Assembly: GCF_044647545.1 (NCBI RefSeq)
Contig: NZ_CP172818.1
Origin: Escherichia coli
GTDB lineage: Bacteria; Pseudomonadota; Gammaproteobacteria; Enterobacterales; Enterobacteriaceae
Reading direction: 5' to 3' (one strand)
Length of the DNA: 64,000 nucleotides
Under the pieces are notes generated by a model. That model ran no database searches. It worked only from the letters and a program-made list of their open reading frames with translations, and had not been told where the DNA came from. Shown piece by piece: positions 13,799 through 28,270 of the stretch. A program made the position numbers and the translations under genes. How positions within the stretch are numbered: position 1 is the stretch's first letter; the number at the start of each line of letters is the position of its first letter.

Positions 13799-14814
13799 TA
13801 ATTACGCCCCGCCGCTAACAGCTTGTCTAACTCGCCGCCGCTGGTGAAGTGGGTTTTCATCACTTCCGGCCAGGAGCCAAATTTGTCTTCCACGCGGAAC
13901 AGCTCGGTCTGCGGGAATTTGTTTTTCAGTTTGTCCATGACTTCCGGGTTATTTACGCGGTAGTAATAGTCGGTGATGATGGTCTGCGCCTGCGGGCTGT
14001 AGAGCCAGTTCAGGTAGGCTTTTGCTGCTTTTTCCGTACCGTTGGCCTGCACGTTTTTATCGACCCACGCCACCGGGAATTCCGCAAGAATGTTAGTTTT
14101 CGGAATAACTACTTCGAAGCCCTGCGCTTCATACTGTTTACGGATGTTGTTCACTTCCGATTCGAAGCTAATCAGTACATCGCCCAGCCCACGTTCGGCA
14201 AAAGTGGTGGTCGCGCCACGACCGCCAGTATCGAACACTTCAACGTTTTTCAGGAACTGAGTCATAAACTGTTCAGTTTTGGCTTTGTCGCCACCGTCGG
14301 CTTTGTCCGCTGCGCCCCATGCCGCAAGGTAGGTGTAACGCGCGTTACCTGACGTTTTCGGGTTCGGGAAAATCAGCTTCACGTCGGAGCGCACGAGGTC
14401 GTTCCAGTCGTGAATATTCTTCGGGTTGCCCTTACGCACCAGGAAGCCCATGGTGGAGTAGAACGGCGAGCTATTATTCGGCAGGCGCGACTGCCAGTCG
14501 GCCGGGATAAGCTTGCCTTTGTCATGCAGGATTTGTACGTCGGTCACCTGGTTATAAGTGACAACGTCTGCTTTTAAGCCCTGCAAAATCGCCAGCGCCT
14601 GTTTTGATGACCCGGCATGAGATTGTTTTATCGTCAGTTTGTCGCCGCCGTTATCTTTTGCCCATTGTTGCTCAAACGGCGGATTCAGGGCGGCAAACAG
14701 CTCGCGGGAGACATCATAAGAACTGTTCAGCAGTTCCGTTGCCTGTACATGGCCCGCCAGCAGCAGAGAAGCGACCAGCGCGAGTGAGTTCTTTTTCAGT
14801 AAGTTAACGGCCAT
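13798..14814 (-). CDS. cysP: thiosulfate-binding periplasmic protein CysP (338 aa)
   Basis: [57 protein letters not shown]...; signal peptide; first gene of cysPUWAM. Confidence 0.95.
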   Translation of the reverse strand: MAVNLLKKNSLALVASLLLAGHVQATELLNSSYDVSRELFAALNPPFEQQWAKDNGGDKLTIKQSHAGSSKQALAILQGLKADVVTYNQVTDVQILHDKGKLIPADWQSRLPNNSSPFYSTMGFLVRKGNPKNIHDWNDLVRSDVKLIFPNPKTSGNARYTYLAAWGAADKADGGDKAKTEQFMTQFLKNVEVFDTGGRGATTTFAERGLGDVLISFESEVNNIRKQYEAQGFEVVIPKTNILAEFPVAWVDKNVQANGTEKAAKAYLNWLYSPQAQTIITDYYYRVNNPEVMDKLKNKFPQTELFRVEDKFGSWPEVMKTHFTSGGELDKLLAAGRN

Positions 14815-14920
14815 TGCGCACCCTTATAAATTTAACGACTTTCTAATAGCCATCATATTTATAACGGACGTGAAAGGAGTAACGGTTTTATATACCGTTT
14901 GGTGATTTGGAAGTTGAAAA

Positions 14921-14958
14921 GGGAAAAGACGAAATCCTCCCCACAAATGCAGGGAGGA
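14921..14958 (-). terminator. putative intrinsic terminator downstream of ucpA
   Basis: Stem tcctccc/gggagga (14935-14941 and 14952-14958) followed on the - strand by a T-rich run; about 13 nt past the ucpA stop, upstream of cysP. Confidence 0.45.
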
Positions 14959-14970
14959 AACAGAGGTGAA

Positions 14971-15762
14971 TCAGATGCCGACGCTAACCGTCTCCGGTAG
15001 TGTGCTGCCGCCATCAATCACATTCTGTGTACCGGTTAAATAGCTGGATTCATCCGATGCGAGGAAGGCCGCCAGTTCGCCGACTTCCAGCGGATCGGCG
15101 AGGCGACGCATCGGGATTGCTTTCGCCATTTCAGTCAGCACCGATTCTGGATCTTCCGGGTTCGACTGGCGGGCAATGCTTTCCGCCATTGGCGTGCGAA
15201 CGTATCCAGGGCAGATGGCGTTAACGCGAATACCAGACTGCGCGTACTCCACCGCCAGCGATTTAGTCAGGCCAACAATCGCCGCTTTCGTTAAGGCGTA
15301 CGCCGTTTCGCCCGGGTCTGCCACCATATCGCCAGTGACTGAAGACATCATCACAATGCGGCCATCTTTGCGGGCAATCATCTCCGGCAGCACCGCCTTC
15401 GTGACGTTCCATACGCCTTTTATATTGATATCAATATGGAAATCGCGATCTTCATCGCTCATATCGAGGAAACTGCCCAGACGACAAACGCCTGCGTTAT
15501 TCACCAGAATATCAATGCGCCCTTCTTTTTCCTTAGCGCGCTTAATAGCTGCGGCTACCGACGCCGGGTCACGCACATCGGCGACAACCGCCGTACAGCG
15601 ATGACCACGGCCACACAGTTCGTCCGCCAGCTTTTCGATCTCAGGGGAGATATCCAGCAAGATTAGGTTTGCGCCATGACGCGCAAAAGTTCTGGCAATT
15701 CCTTCGCCAATTCCCTGCAATGCGCCCGTAATCAGTGCTGTCTTGCCCGTGAGTTTACCCAT
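14971..15762 (-). CDS. ucpA: short-chain dehydrogenase/reductase UcpA (263 aa)
   Basis: ORF track 14971..15828; start taken at MGKLTGKTALITGALQGIGEGIAR (Rossmann GxxxGxG); ATG at 15760-15762 confirmed in sequence. Confidence 0.9.
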   Translation of the reverse strand: MGKLTGKTALITGALQGIGEGIARTFARHGANLILLDISPEIEKLADELCGRGHRCTAVVADVRDPASVAAAIKRAKEKEGRIDILVNNAGVCRLGSFLDMSDEDRDFHIDINIKGVWNVTKAVLPEMIARKDGRIVMMSSVTGDMVADPGETAYALTKAAIVGLTKSLAVEYAQSGIRVNAICPGYVRTPMAESIARQSNPEDPESVLTEMAKAIPMRRLADPLEVGELAAFLASDESSYLTGTQNVIDGGSTLPETVSVGI

Positions 15763-15890
15763 TTTAATGCTCTCCTTGTTAATACAGAGCGTTACACTCC
15801 ATTCCCTCTGAAAATACAGGATAAACAAAATATTGCTGCGGATCAGCTCACTAATTCAGGAAAATCTCAATCCAGTCGCTGCTTTATGCA

Positions 15891-16748
15891 TCATTTCAGG
15901 CGTTGCGTTAGCTCACTGCTGCGCTCAATCATTTTCAATGACTCCACATCATTGAGTTGCACAAGGCCAACAAACAGTAAATCGGTAACAGAATTTTGCG
16001 CCGTGCGGGTGGACATCGACGAGCTGCGCCATTCGGTTTCGCCAGAAACGGTATCGAGGGTGTAATGCGCCAGCCGCCGCAGCGGGGAATCGGTTAATGA
16101 GGTAATGGCAATCACCGTCGCCCCCTGCTTTCGCGCTGCCTCGGCGCACAAGACAATCTCTTTTTTACTGCCACTGTAAGAGATAGCGATTTGTACATCG
16201 CCTTTTTTTAGCGCCTGAGAAACGGTGGCTTGTACGTGGGTGTCGGCCTCACAGGCCACGCGATAACCAATTTTCATCAGTTTGAACGACAGATCGCGCC
16301 CCACCAGCGCCGACCCGCCCAGGCCCGTTATCTGGATAAACGGTGCTTTACTGATGACCTCAATGATTTTTTGCAGCCGCGCGTAGTCAAACAACGCGCA
16401 GGTTTGCTCCAGCGCCTGCTCTTTTTCGCGATTCAGTTTACGGGCAATCACTTCCAGCGAATCATCACTGGTAATCGAACTGTGCAGGTGCAGCGCCGTG
16501 GCATTCGTTTTCTCCCGGCTGGCACTGTATTCGCCAATTAACGCCATACGCAATTCAGTAAATCCTTGCGCGCCGAGCTTCTGGGCAAACTTCACAATAC
16601 TCGACTGGCTGATGCCGAGCTGTTTCGCCATCTTGCGCGAAGAGACGGATTTCAGCTCACTCACGTTGGCCCGCAGAAAGTCAGCAATTTTTTGCTCGTT
16701 CCCGGTAAATTCACTTTCCGCATTGCGTATTTTCGTCAGGTACAACAT
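15891..16748 (-). CDS. murR: RpiR-family transcriptional regulator MurR (285 aa)
   Basis: ORF track 15891..17003; start taken at [33 protein letters not shown]... (HTH plus SIS domain); ATG at 16746-16748. Confidence 0.9.
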
Positions 16749-16911
16749 CTTCCACTCTCCTGGGCTGGCAGCAAAAATTCCGCTTAAGTTCTTATGACGC
16801 TCTTCACACTCTGCGAGTGTAGACTCAATGATTCCTTTAAGTCTGTCAATTCGGGATATATGATTCCATACATCTGCAATTATTTGATCGTAAATAGTAA
16901 GGTCACCACCG
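16749..16911. promoter_or_regulatory. murR / murQP divergent control region
   Basis: 163-bp spacer between divergently transcribed murR and murQ; assigned by position, sites not mapped. Confidence 0.4.
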
Positions 16912-17808
16912 ATGCAACTTGAAAAGATGATTACCGAAGGCTCGAACGCCGCCTCGGCTGAAATTGACCGCGTATCAACGCTGGAAATGTGCCGGATTAT
17001 CAACGATGAAGATAAAACCGTGCCGCTTGCCGTTGAGCGCGTACTGCCGGATATCGCCGCGGCGATCGATGTTATCCACGCCCAGGTAAGCGGCGGCGGG
17101 CGTCTGATTTACCTCGGTGCGGGAACATCCGGTCGTCTGGGGATTCTGGATGCCAGCGAATGTCCGCCCACCTACGGCGTGAAACCAGGCCTGGTAGTTG
17201 GATTAATTGCTGGCGGCGAATATGCCATTCAGCACGCGGTGGAAGGCGCGGAAGATAGCCGGGAAGGTGGTGTTAATGATCTGAAAAACATCGGATTAAC
17301 CGCGCAGGATGTGGTGGTTGGCATTGCGGCCAGTGGTCGCACGCCGTATGTGATTGCCGGGCTGGAATACGCACGCCAGCTCGGCTGCCGTACAGTGGGA
17401 ATTTCCTGTAATCCGGGGAGCGCTGTTTCCACCACCGCTGAGTTTGCTATTACGCCGGTGGTTGGGGCTGAAGTGGTCACCGGTTCTTCGCGGATGAAAG
17501 CAGGCACGGCGCAGAAACTGGTGCTCAATATGCTTTCCACCGGGCTGATGATTAAATCCGGCAAAGTGTTCGGCAACCTGATGGTCGATGTGGTCGCCAC
17601 CAACGAAAAACTGCATGTGCGCCAGGTCAATATCGTCAAAAACGCTACCGGATGTAGCGCAGAGCAAGCGGAAGCGGCATTGGTTGCCTGCGAGCGCAAC
17701 TGTAAAACGGCCATTGTGATGGTGCTGAAAAATCTCGATGCCGCAGAAGCAAAAAAACGCCTGGATCAACACGGCGGCTTTATTCGTCAGGTTTTAGACA
17801 AGGAATAA
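16912..17808 (+). CDS. murQ: N-acetylmuramic acid 6-phosphate etherase MurQ (298 aa)
   Basis: [77 protein letters not shown]...; SIS domain. Confidence 0.95.
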
Positions 17809-17811
17809 CCC

Positions 17812-19236
<1,425 letters not shown>

Positions 19237-19240
19237 TAAT

Positions 19241-20542
19241 ATGAAACGGACAATGCTCTGCCTTTCTCTGCTGGCTGTCAGCTGTAGCGTCAGCGCCGCA
19301 AAATACCCTGTTCTGACAGAAAGTTCGCCAGAGAAAGCAGGGTTTAACGTCGAACGGCTTAATCAGATGGATCGCTGGATAAGCCAGCAAGTTGATGATG
19401 GTTATCCCGGCGTAAACCTGCTGATTATAAAAGATAATCAGATTGTTTATCGCAAAGCCTGGGGCGCGGCGAAAAAGTATGATGGCAGCGCGTTAATGGC
19501 GCAGCCGTTAAAAGCCACCACCGGGACGCTGTATGATCTGGCCTCAAACACCAAGATGTACGCCACTAACTTCGCCCTGCAAAAGCTGATGAGCGAAGGC
19601 AAACTGCATCCTGACGATCGGATTGCGAAATATATTCCAGGGTTTGCCGACAGCCCGAACGATGCGATCAAAGGCAAAAACACGCTGCGGATTTCTGATC
19701 TGCTGCATCACAGCGGCGGTTTCCCGGCAGATCCGCAATACCCGAATAAAGCGGTCGCGGGCGCGTTATATTCCCAGGATAAAGGCCAGACGCTGGAGAT
19801 GATCAAGCGCACGCCGCTGGAGTATCAGCCCGGCAGCAAGCATATCTACAGCGATGTCGATTATATGCTGCTTGGATTTATCGTCGAGTCGGTTACCGGT
19901 CAGCCACTTGACCGCTATGTTGAAGAGTCGATTTATCGCCCGCTCGGCCTGACGCATACGGTGTTTAATCCGCTACTGAAAGGCTTTAAACCGCAACAAA
20001 TTGCCGCCACGGAACTCAACGGCAATACCCGCGATGGCGTGATTCACTTCCCGAATATCCGCACCTCCACTCTCTGGGGTCAGGTGCACGATGAAAAAGC
20101 CTTTTATTCGATGGGCGGTGTTTCCGGGCACGCAGGTTTGTTTTCCAATACCGGCGATATTGCGGTGTTAATGCAAACGATGCTGAACGGCGGTGGCTAT
20201 GGTGATGTGCAGCTGTTCAATGCAGAAACGGTGAAGATGTTCACCACCAGCTCTAAGGAAGATGCCACTTTTGGCCTTGGCTGGCGCGTGAATGGTAATG
20301 CCACCATGACGCCGACGTTTGGCACGCTGGCAAGCCCGCAAACCTACGGTCACACAGGTTGGACCGGGACGGTGACCGTTATCGATCCGGTGAATCATAT
20401 GGCGATTGTGATGTTAAGCAACAAGCCACATTCGCCAGTTGCCGATCCACAAAAAAATCCCAATATGTTCGAAAGCGGTCAGCTACCGATTGCAACTTAT
20501 GGTTGGGTAGTTGATCAGGTGTATGCGGCGTTAAAGCAGTAA
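19241..20542 (+). CDS. yfeW: penicillin-binding protein 4B / beta-lactamase-fold protein YfeW
   Basis: ORF track 19154..20542; start taken at ATG 19241 (MKRTMLCLSLLAVSCSVSA..., signal peptide), just after the murP stop; SxxK-type motif (ASNTK) present. Confidence 0.9.
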   Translation: MKRTMLCLSLLAVSCSVSAAKYPVLTESSPEKAGFNVERLNQMDRWISQQVDDGYPGVNLLIIKDNQIVYRKAWGAAKKYDGSALMAQPLKATTGTLYDLASNTKMYATNFALQKLMSEGKLHPDDRIAKYIPGFADSPNDAIKGKNTLRISDLLHHSGGFPADPQYPNKAVAGALYSQDKGQTLEMIKRTPLEYQPGSKHIYSDVDYMLLGFIVESVTGQPLDRYVEESIYRPLGLTHTVFNPLLKGFKPQQIAATELNGNTRDGVIHFPNIRTSTLWGQVHDEKAFYSMGGVSGHAGLFSNTGDIAVLMQTMLNGGGYGDVQLFNAETVKMFTTSSKEDATFGLGWRVNGNATMTPTFGTLASPQTYGHTGWTGTVTVIDPVNHMAIVMLSNKPHSPVADPQKNPNMFESGQLPIATYGWVVDQVYAALKQ

Positions 20543-20543
20543 T

Positions 20544-20579
20544 AAAAAGGCCAGTCAGTGTGTTACTGGCTGGCCTTTA
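20544..20579. terminator. bidirectional hairpin terminator between yfeW and yfeX
   Basis: aaaaaggccagtcagtgtgttactggctggccttt: stem ggccag...ctggcc flanked by an A-run and a T-run. Confidence 0.55.
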
Positions 20580-20598
20580 ATCAATGAATCAGAAACGC

Positions 20599-21582
<984 letters not shown>

Positions 21583-21593
21583 TCAGACGCAAA

Positions 21594-22169
21594 TTAACGC
21601 CGCCAGATAATTTTACTGACTTTCCAGTTTTTCAGGGTATCGTCCGAAGGCATTAACCCTTCAGGGCCACTCCATTCCCCGCTGAACTGGTAGCTAATAT
21701 GTTGACTGCCTTCGGCTTTACATTCGACGGCACGATTATCATCACTGTCGGCCTTTTGGCAATTGCCAAATGCTTTGCTGTAAAGGTCACTAAACGGTGT
21801 ACCGATTTTAACACCGGTGTCAGCAGGAATATCGCTATCCAGCACATCAATGCGGCTGATCGTGCCTTGATCACCGTTAATCACCATCGCCACGTTGTCG
21901 CCTTTCATCACTTCAAAAAAGCGCACCACGTTGCCGTTCGCGGTTTTCATTCCGCTGCGCAGGCGATAATCGCCATCAAGCGCATCAGCAATGGCTTGTT
22001 CTTGCAGTGGTGTGGACGCCGTTAATTCACCCACGCCCTGCTCGCTCACTTTGGTGGATGATCCAAACCAGTTCCACGGGTTAGCGGCCGACCAGTTAAC
22101 TGACGACATCGTGGAACAGCCGGTCAGCATCAACGGCATAGCGCATAACATTAAACGCAGCGATTTCAT
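21594..22169 (-). CDS. yfeY: lipoprotein YfeY (191 aa)
   Basis: MKSLRLMLCAMPLMLTGCSTMSS...; lipobox LTGC. Confidence 0.9.
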   Translation of the reverse strand: MKSLRLMLCAMPLMLTGCSTMSSVNWSAANPWNWFGSSTKVSEQGVGELTASTPLQEQAIADALDGDYRLRSGMKTANGNVVRFFEVMKGDNVAMVINGDQGTISRIDVLDSDIPADTGVKIGTPFSDLYSKAFGNCQKADSDDNRAVECKAEGSQHISYQFSGEWSGPEGLMPSDDTLKNWKVSKIIWRR

Positions 22170-22229
22170 GTCACTTCCTTTGGTTATTCAATAACGTTGC
22201 TTGGAGTGCAAATTCACCAAAAAGTGCCG

Positions 22230-22679
22230 TTATTCTTTTTCTTCATTAAAACAAGCGCGTAAACGTCGATTGGTCAGCAGCCAGATTAACGCCACGATAT
22301 CCGCCACTACCAGCGCCAGACCGATACCGCTAACGGATTCACCGTTCAGCCACAGCCACGGTTGCCAACAAAGTAAAACCACCTGCGCCAACAGCAACAG
22401 AAAATAGAGCACATGCCAGATACGGGGAAATGAAGCCCGCCGACCACTCAGCAAAAATGCCAGCACCGCCGGAATACCGGGAATCAACCCCAGCCAGAAA
22501 TTATCGTGATCGGGATAAAACAGATTTAGCAGCGCAGTACCCTGCTCGCGCGACGCACCGGCAATGACAAACAGCACCCAGGTTCGCGCCTGAAGCAATA
22601 GCACAAGCCAGAAGAGCAAGGGTAAACGCAGGCGACCGTGCGCATCATAATGGACAGGATGAAACTCAGTACTCTTCAT
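22230..22679 (-). CDS. yfeZ: inner membrane protein YfeZ (about 149 aa)
   Basis: Hydrophobic multi-TM ORF; the start is ambiguous between Met1 (22685) and Met3 (22679); overlaps the ypeA stop. Confidence 0.8.
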
Positions 22680-23091
22680 CTTCAATCAAACGCTTACCCA
22701 GACTCAGTACGTCGGCGTGTTCATATCCCAGGCGTTCATACATTCCGAGCACCATGTCGTTATCTTCCGGCACGTTGATCTGAATTTTCGGACAGCCGCG
22801 AGCAATCAGCTTTTTCTCCAACCGATTAAGCAACGCATTAGCAATCCCACGCCCACGAAACTCTGGATGCACGCCAAGATAATAAGCAGACCCGCGATGC
22901 CCGTCATAACCGCCCATCACCGTTCCGACCACTTCACCGTTTACCTCAGCGACCAGAAACAAACTGACGTCATGGTTCATCTTACGCTCGATGTCCATTT
23001 CCGGATCGTTCCACGGACGCAGCAAGTCGCAACGCTCCCAAAGGGTGATGACCTCTTCGAAATCTTCCTGGCGAAATACGCGTATCTCCAT
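22666..23091 (-). CDS. ypeA: GNAT-family acetyltransferase YpeA (141 aa)
   Basis: ORF track 22666..23202; start taken at [37 protein letters not shown]...; ATG at 23089-23091. Confidence 0.9.
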
Positions 23092-23304
23092 GGTATTCGT
23101 TACCTTTTTGCGGGTTAAAAGGCTGATTATGGCGTGAACGGTCGAATTAGCCAATATCTGACGAAAATCGGTTGAAAAAGTGGCATAATGGGGAGTTGTC
23201 AACTATTGAAATGAAAAGTAAAACAATTCTCAACAGCAAACGGTCGTAACGGATTACGCGATACGATATAACATCTGGAACTTTATTATTACAACTCAGG
23301 CCGT

Positions 23305-24174
23305 ATGAGCACTTTTAAACCACTAAAAACACTCACTTCGCGCCGCCAGGTGCTGAAAGCCGGTTTGGCTGCCCTGACGTTGTCAGGAATGTCGCAAGCC
23401 ATCGCCAAAGACGAACCTTTAAAAACCAGCAACGGACACAGCAAGCCGAAAGCCAAAAAATCTGGCGGCAAACGTGTCGTTGTTCTCGATCCAGGCCACG
23501 GCGGGATTGATACCGGAGCGATCGGACGCAACGGTTCGAAAGAAAAACATGTGGTGCTGGCGATTGCTAAAAACGTCCGTTCCATTTTGCGTAATCATGG
23601 CATTGATGCGCGTTTAACGCGTTCTGGCGATACGTTTATCCCACTATACGATCGCGTTGAAATCGCCCATAAACATGGCGCAGATCTGTTTATGTCAATT
23701 CATGCCGATGGCTTTACCAACCCGAAAGCTGCCGGTGCTTCGGTATTTGCCCTCTCTAACCGCGGTGCTAGTAGCGCAATGGCGAAATACCTGTCTGAAC
23801 GCGAAAACCGTGCTGATGAAGTTGCCGGTAAAAAGGCGACTGACAAGGATCACCTATTGCAGCAAGTGCTGTTTGATCTGGTGCAAACCGATACTATTAA
23901 AAACAGCCTGACGCTCGGCTCGCATATTCTGAAAAAGATTAAGCCGGTGCATAAACTGCACAGCCGCAACACCGAACAAGCCGCGTTTGTGGTGTTGAAA
24001 TCGCCGTCGGTTCCGTCGGTGCTGGTGGAAACCTCGTTTATCACCAACCCGGAAGAAGAGCGGCTGTTAGGCACGGCGGCGTTTCGCCAGAAAATCGCCA
24101 CAGCGATTGCCGAAGGAGTGATCAGTTATTTCCACTGGTTTGACAACCAGAAAGCACACTCGAGAAAGCGGTAA
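23305..24174 (+). CDS. amiA: N-acetylmuramoyl-L-alanine amidase AmiA (289 aa)
   Basis: MSTFKPLKTLTSRRQVLKAGLAALTLSGMSQAIA (twin-arginine signal) followed by the amidase_3 domain. Confidence 0.95.
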   Translation: MSTFKPLKTLTSRRQVLKAGLAALTLSGMSQAIAKDEPLKTSNGHSKPKAKKSGGKRVVVLDPGHGGIDTGAIGRNGSKEKHVVLAIAKNVRSILRNHGIDARLTRSGDTFIPLYDRVEIAHKHGADLFMSIHADGFTNPKAAGASVFALSNRGASSAMAKYLSERENRADEVAGKKATDKDHLLQQVLFDLVQTDTIKNSLTLGSHILKKIKPVHKLHSRNTEQAAFVVLKSPSVPSVLVETSFITNPEEERLLGTAAFRQKIATAIAEGVISYFHWFDNQKAHSRKR

Positions 24175-25077
<903 letters not shown>

Positions 25078-25082
25078 CTCCC

Positions 25083-26135
25083 TCACCCCCATTCCCGCAT
25101 CCGCTGATGCAGCGTCAGTGACGGCTTCTCGGCAAACAGTTGCTGATAATCCGTGGCGAATTGCCCCAGATGCCAGAATCCCCACTGCATGGCGGCGTCT
25201 TTTACCGTCATACTTTGCGACCACGGGCTTATCAGTTCGCGGCGCACGGCGTTCAGGCGAATGCGTTTCAGCCACGCGTTTGGGCCAATGCCTAAAATAG
25301 CGTGAAAAGCGTTTTGTAGCGTGCGGCGGCTGACATGTAGTTGATTACACAAGTCCAGCACCGTCACCGGTTCGGACATGTTTTCCAGCACATATTCACG
25401 GGCGCGGGAAAGCAATCGACGGTAACTCTGATGACTGATGCTTTCCGCCGTCACCATTGGCTGCGCTTCTTCCAGCATCGCCCCCATCGCCATTAGCAAG
25501 TTATCCCCCAGCACTTTTCGCACTGCAGGCTGATGGAGATTTTCCGGGTTCTCGCAAAACGTCGCCAGCGCCTGTTGGACAAAGCCCCACAGAGCGGCTT
25601 TATGCTGCTCTTTCACTTCCAGCGCCGACTGGCTACGCAGCATATGTAATACCCGATCCGGATTATGCAAAAAGTTAGCCTGACGAGTGATGACATCTTC
25701 AGAAAGCACTACGCCCAGGATCGTGTAATCGTCCGGCGTACTTAATTCAAACTCGGTTCCACCCGGGCGCGTCGCAATTTCTGCGCTTCCCAGACATTGC
25801 GAACCGATAAATCCCTGCTCACCGCGCGTCGCCGGAATGCCAAACCAGAACGAGTTCGGCCAGACCAGGCACGACTGACGCAGCGCCAGACCAGTGTATT
25901 CACGAAAAACCTGAATATCATCGAGTAGAATTTCCGTAAATTCACCATGAAACTTGCCCGGATGCAGCTGATCGTAAATCTGCTGCCAGGCGGTAATTGT
26001 CAAAGCATGTTCATAGACATCCGTTGTCTGTCGTTGATGAACATTATCCACTTCGACCTTCGGCGTGAGCTTCAGGTTTTCGGGTAAGGGTTCATGATAA
26101 AGATGGTGCAAATTGGCTGTACGGGTCTTTTTCAT
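25083..26135 (-). CDS. eutR: AraC-family activator of the eut operon, EutR (350 aa)
   Basis: [23 protein letters not shown]... with a C-terminal AraC-type HTH; last gene of the eut cluster; its stop is 5 bp from the convergent hemF stop. Confidence 0.93.
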   Translation of the reverse strand: MKKTRTANLHHLYHEPLPENLKLTPKVEVDNVHQRQTTDVYEHALTITAWQQIYDQLHPGKFHGEFTEILLDDIQVFREYTGLALRQSCLVWPNSFWFGIPATRGEQGFIGSQCLGSAEIATRPGGTEFELSTPDDYTILGVVLSEDVITRQANFLHNPDRVLHMLRSQSALEVKEQHKAALWGFVQQALATFCENPENLHQPAVRKVLGDNLLMAMGAMLEEAQPMVTAESISHQSYRRLLSRAREYVLENMSEPVTVLDLCNQLHVSRRTLQNAFHAILGIGPNAWLKRIRLNAVRRELISPWSQSMTVKDAAMQWGFWHLGQFATDYQQLFAEKPSLTLHQRMREWG

Positions 26136-26180
26136 GATGTTAATGCCGGGTGTTGTAGGACACCCGGCACCTCCGACAGG

Positions 26181-26681
26181 TTAATGGGGCTTGAGACGAT
26201 AACGACTACTGCGTTTACGTAACGTCCCGGCAGAAAAGAGCTGTTCGAGCGCATTTCTGGCTTTTTCCAGCGGCCAGCCAAAGTGGGCTGCCACTTCTCC
26301 TGCCGTCATTCCCTGACGTACTGATGTTAACAGCGCCAACAACTCGTCAGCAGATTCCGCGACGATAACTGGCGCGTCGGGTTCCTTTACGGGTTGCTTC
26401 GGCTGGCGGTTAAAGCCAGTAACCAGCCACTGGGTGTCATCGTCTGGCCGACCGATCTCCTTACGGCTGATGACACGCCCGGTACGCATCGCGGCAGCAC
26501 AACCTGCGTCCAGCGCCGCACGACACGCCGCCAGATCGCCTTCCACCACCAGCGTTAGGCGACCAGGGTCAAGCACTTCATGGCTGAGCAGACGAACGTT
26601 AGCTGCTTTGAGCATGGCATCCGCTGCATCTATCGCGGCGACCATGCCGTCAACTTCCAGCAATCCCAGTGCATTGATCAT
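26181..26681 (-). CDS. eutK: microcompartment shell protein EutK (166 aa)
   Basis: MINALGLLEVDGMVAAIDAADAMLKAANVRLL...; BMC domain. Confidence 0.9.
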   Translation of the reverse strand: MINALGLLEVDGMVAAIDAADAMLKAANVRLLSHEVLDPGRLTLVVEGDLAACRAALDAGCAAAMRTGRVISRKEIGRPDDDTQWLVTGFNRQPKQPVKEPDAPVIVAESADELLALLTSVRQGMTAGEVAAHFGWPLEKARNALEQLFSAGTLRKRSSRYRLKPH

Positions 26682-26693
26682 CGGCAACCTCCG

Positions 26694-27353
26694 TTACGCA
26701 CGCTGGATTGGATTACGCGCGATTTCCAGCACTGCATCGGTAAAGGCGTTACAGGCTGCTTTACACGCGGCCTGGCTACCGGTTAAAAATGCTGCCGAGT
26801 AGTTGGTTTCAGACGGTGGCGGGACATAGGTCACCAGCTGCACGTCGGCAGATTTCAACGCTGCATCAATGCCGTAGGTCGCTTCCAGCGGCGGTGCCAC
26901 CAGATACGCCATCGGATCGCCAAGCGTGATCCCGGCGGTTGATGAGAGATAAGAACCGGTACGCGAAACGACATGTGCCAGGAAGGCTGTGTTTTCTGCG
27001 TCATTAGCCCACTGGAAAGCAGCGCCATTTTCAATATTTGCAACCATCGCATCCAGACCAGCACGCACTTCCGCCGGGTTTGGCCCACCCAGCATAATCA
27101 GCACCTCACCGGCAGTCGGTGACGGGCCGTGTGCAGCGCCCGCATACAGCGAGCGACCATATACCACTTCGACCATCGCCTGCTTGGTCGCTTCGTCAGC
27201 CGCAATGTAGGTGACGTCATCTGAATCAGCAGAAATCAGCCCGAGGCTACGAATATGCGGCGGCAATTTCAGTTCACGTGCAAATTCGGCGTTAACGGAG
27301 GCAATCACCCGCATGGCGGTTACCGACGGTCGAATCAAATCTAAAGCTGGCAT
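26694..27353 (-). CDS. eutL: microcompartment shell protein EutL (219 aa)
   Basis: [58 protein letters not shown]... Confidence 0.93.
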   Translation of the reverse strand: MPALDLIRPSVTAMRVIASVNAEFARELKLPPHIRSLGLISADSDDVTYIAADEATKQAMVEVVYGRSLYAGAAHGPSPTAGEVLIMLGGPNPAEVRAGLDAMVANIENGAAFQWANDAENTAFLAHVVSRTGSYLSSTAGITLGDPMAYLVAPPLEATYGIDAALKSADVQLVTYVPPPSETNYSAAFLTGSQAACKAACNAFTDAVLEIARNPIQRA

Positions 27354-27362
27354 GATGCCTCC

Positions 27363-28250
27363 TTATCGGGTCATGTTGATGCCGGATGCTTTCTGCTCCA
27401 GCATACGTTTCGCCAAATCCACAATGACGGCTGCGGCTTCAACCGGCGGCGTGCCGCCCTGGTGAATGTTAGAGATACAGGTGCGATCGGCCTCAACGGT
27501 GGTCGCCATACGCGGCGAATAAACGGCGTAGCAGGAGAGGCTTTCTGACTGCCCCAACCCCGGACGTTCGCCCACCAGCAGGATCACTACTTTCGCGCCG
27601 AGGATCTCACCGATCTGATCTTCAATCTTCACGCGACCATAACGAACAAAGAATGGCGTGCCGACTTTCAGCCCGGCCTGTTTCAGGCCCGCCATCAGCG
27701 GCGGCAGGATCTCTTCGTAGTTCACGGTGATCGCATCAGTTGACAGGCCATCAGAAATAACGACCTGCACGTCCGGATTAGCAACACACTGTGCTTTCAG
27801 CGCTTCAACAGCTTCTGCACACAGGCGGCGGCCCATATCCGGGCGAGTCAGGTAGAGATTTTTGTCGCTGATTTCGGAGCGGACTTCCAGCAAGCCCTGC
27901 GCTTTCACCCACTCTTCCGGTACTTCTTTCAGAACGGTATCTTTCGAACGAGAGTGATCGGCCAGGAAACGCAGCAACGCCTGGGTACGCGGACGCGGAC
28001 CGGCACGACCGGTACAAACACGGGCCACGGTGCTGCGACGCAGTTCTGTTAATACGTCTGCGCGATGCGGGTTTTCAACACCAATCCACGCTTTTGCTTC
28101 CGCAGAACCTAAATCCAGCGCGCAGCTTTCCGAGGTCACCGGTGCCGCACAGGTGGTGGTGGCGCACTTTGCTTCTGACGGCGCGGGGGCCGCTTGTCCC
28201 ATTGACGCCATCACGCTGCGTACAATTTCTTCAATCTGTTTTTGATCCAT
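27363..28250 (-). CDS. eutC: ethanolamine ammonia-lyase small subunit EutC (295 aa)
   Basis: [19 protein letters not shown]...; full length. Confidence 0.95.
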   Translation of the reverse strand: MDQKQIEEIVRSVMASMGQAAPAPSEAKCATTTCAAPVTSESCALDLGSAEAKAWIGVENPHRADVLTELRRSTVARVCTGRAGPRPRTQALLRFLADHSRSKDTVLKEVPEEWVKAQGLLEVRSEISDKNLYLTRPDMGRRLCAEAVEALKAQCVANPDVQVVISDGLSTDAITVNYEEILPPLMAGLKQAGLKVGTPFFVRYGRVKIEDQIGEILGAKVVILLVGERPGLGQSESLSCYAVYSPRMATTVEADRTCISNIHQGGTPPVEAAAVIVDLAKRMLEQKASGINMTR

Positions 28251-28270
28251 GATGTGTTATCTCCGCGTCA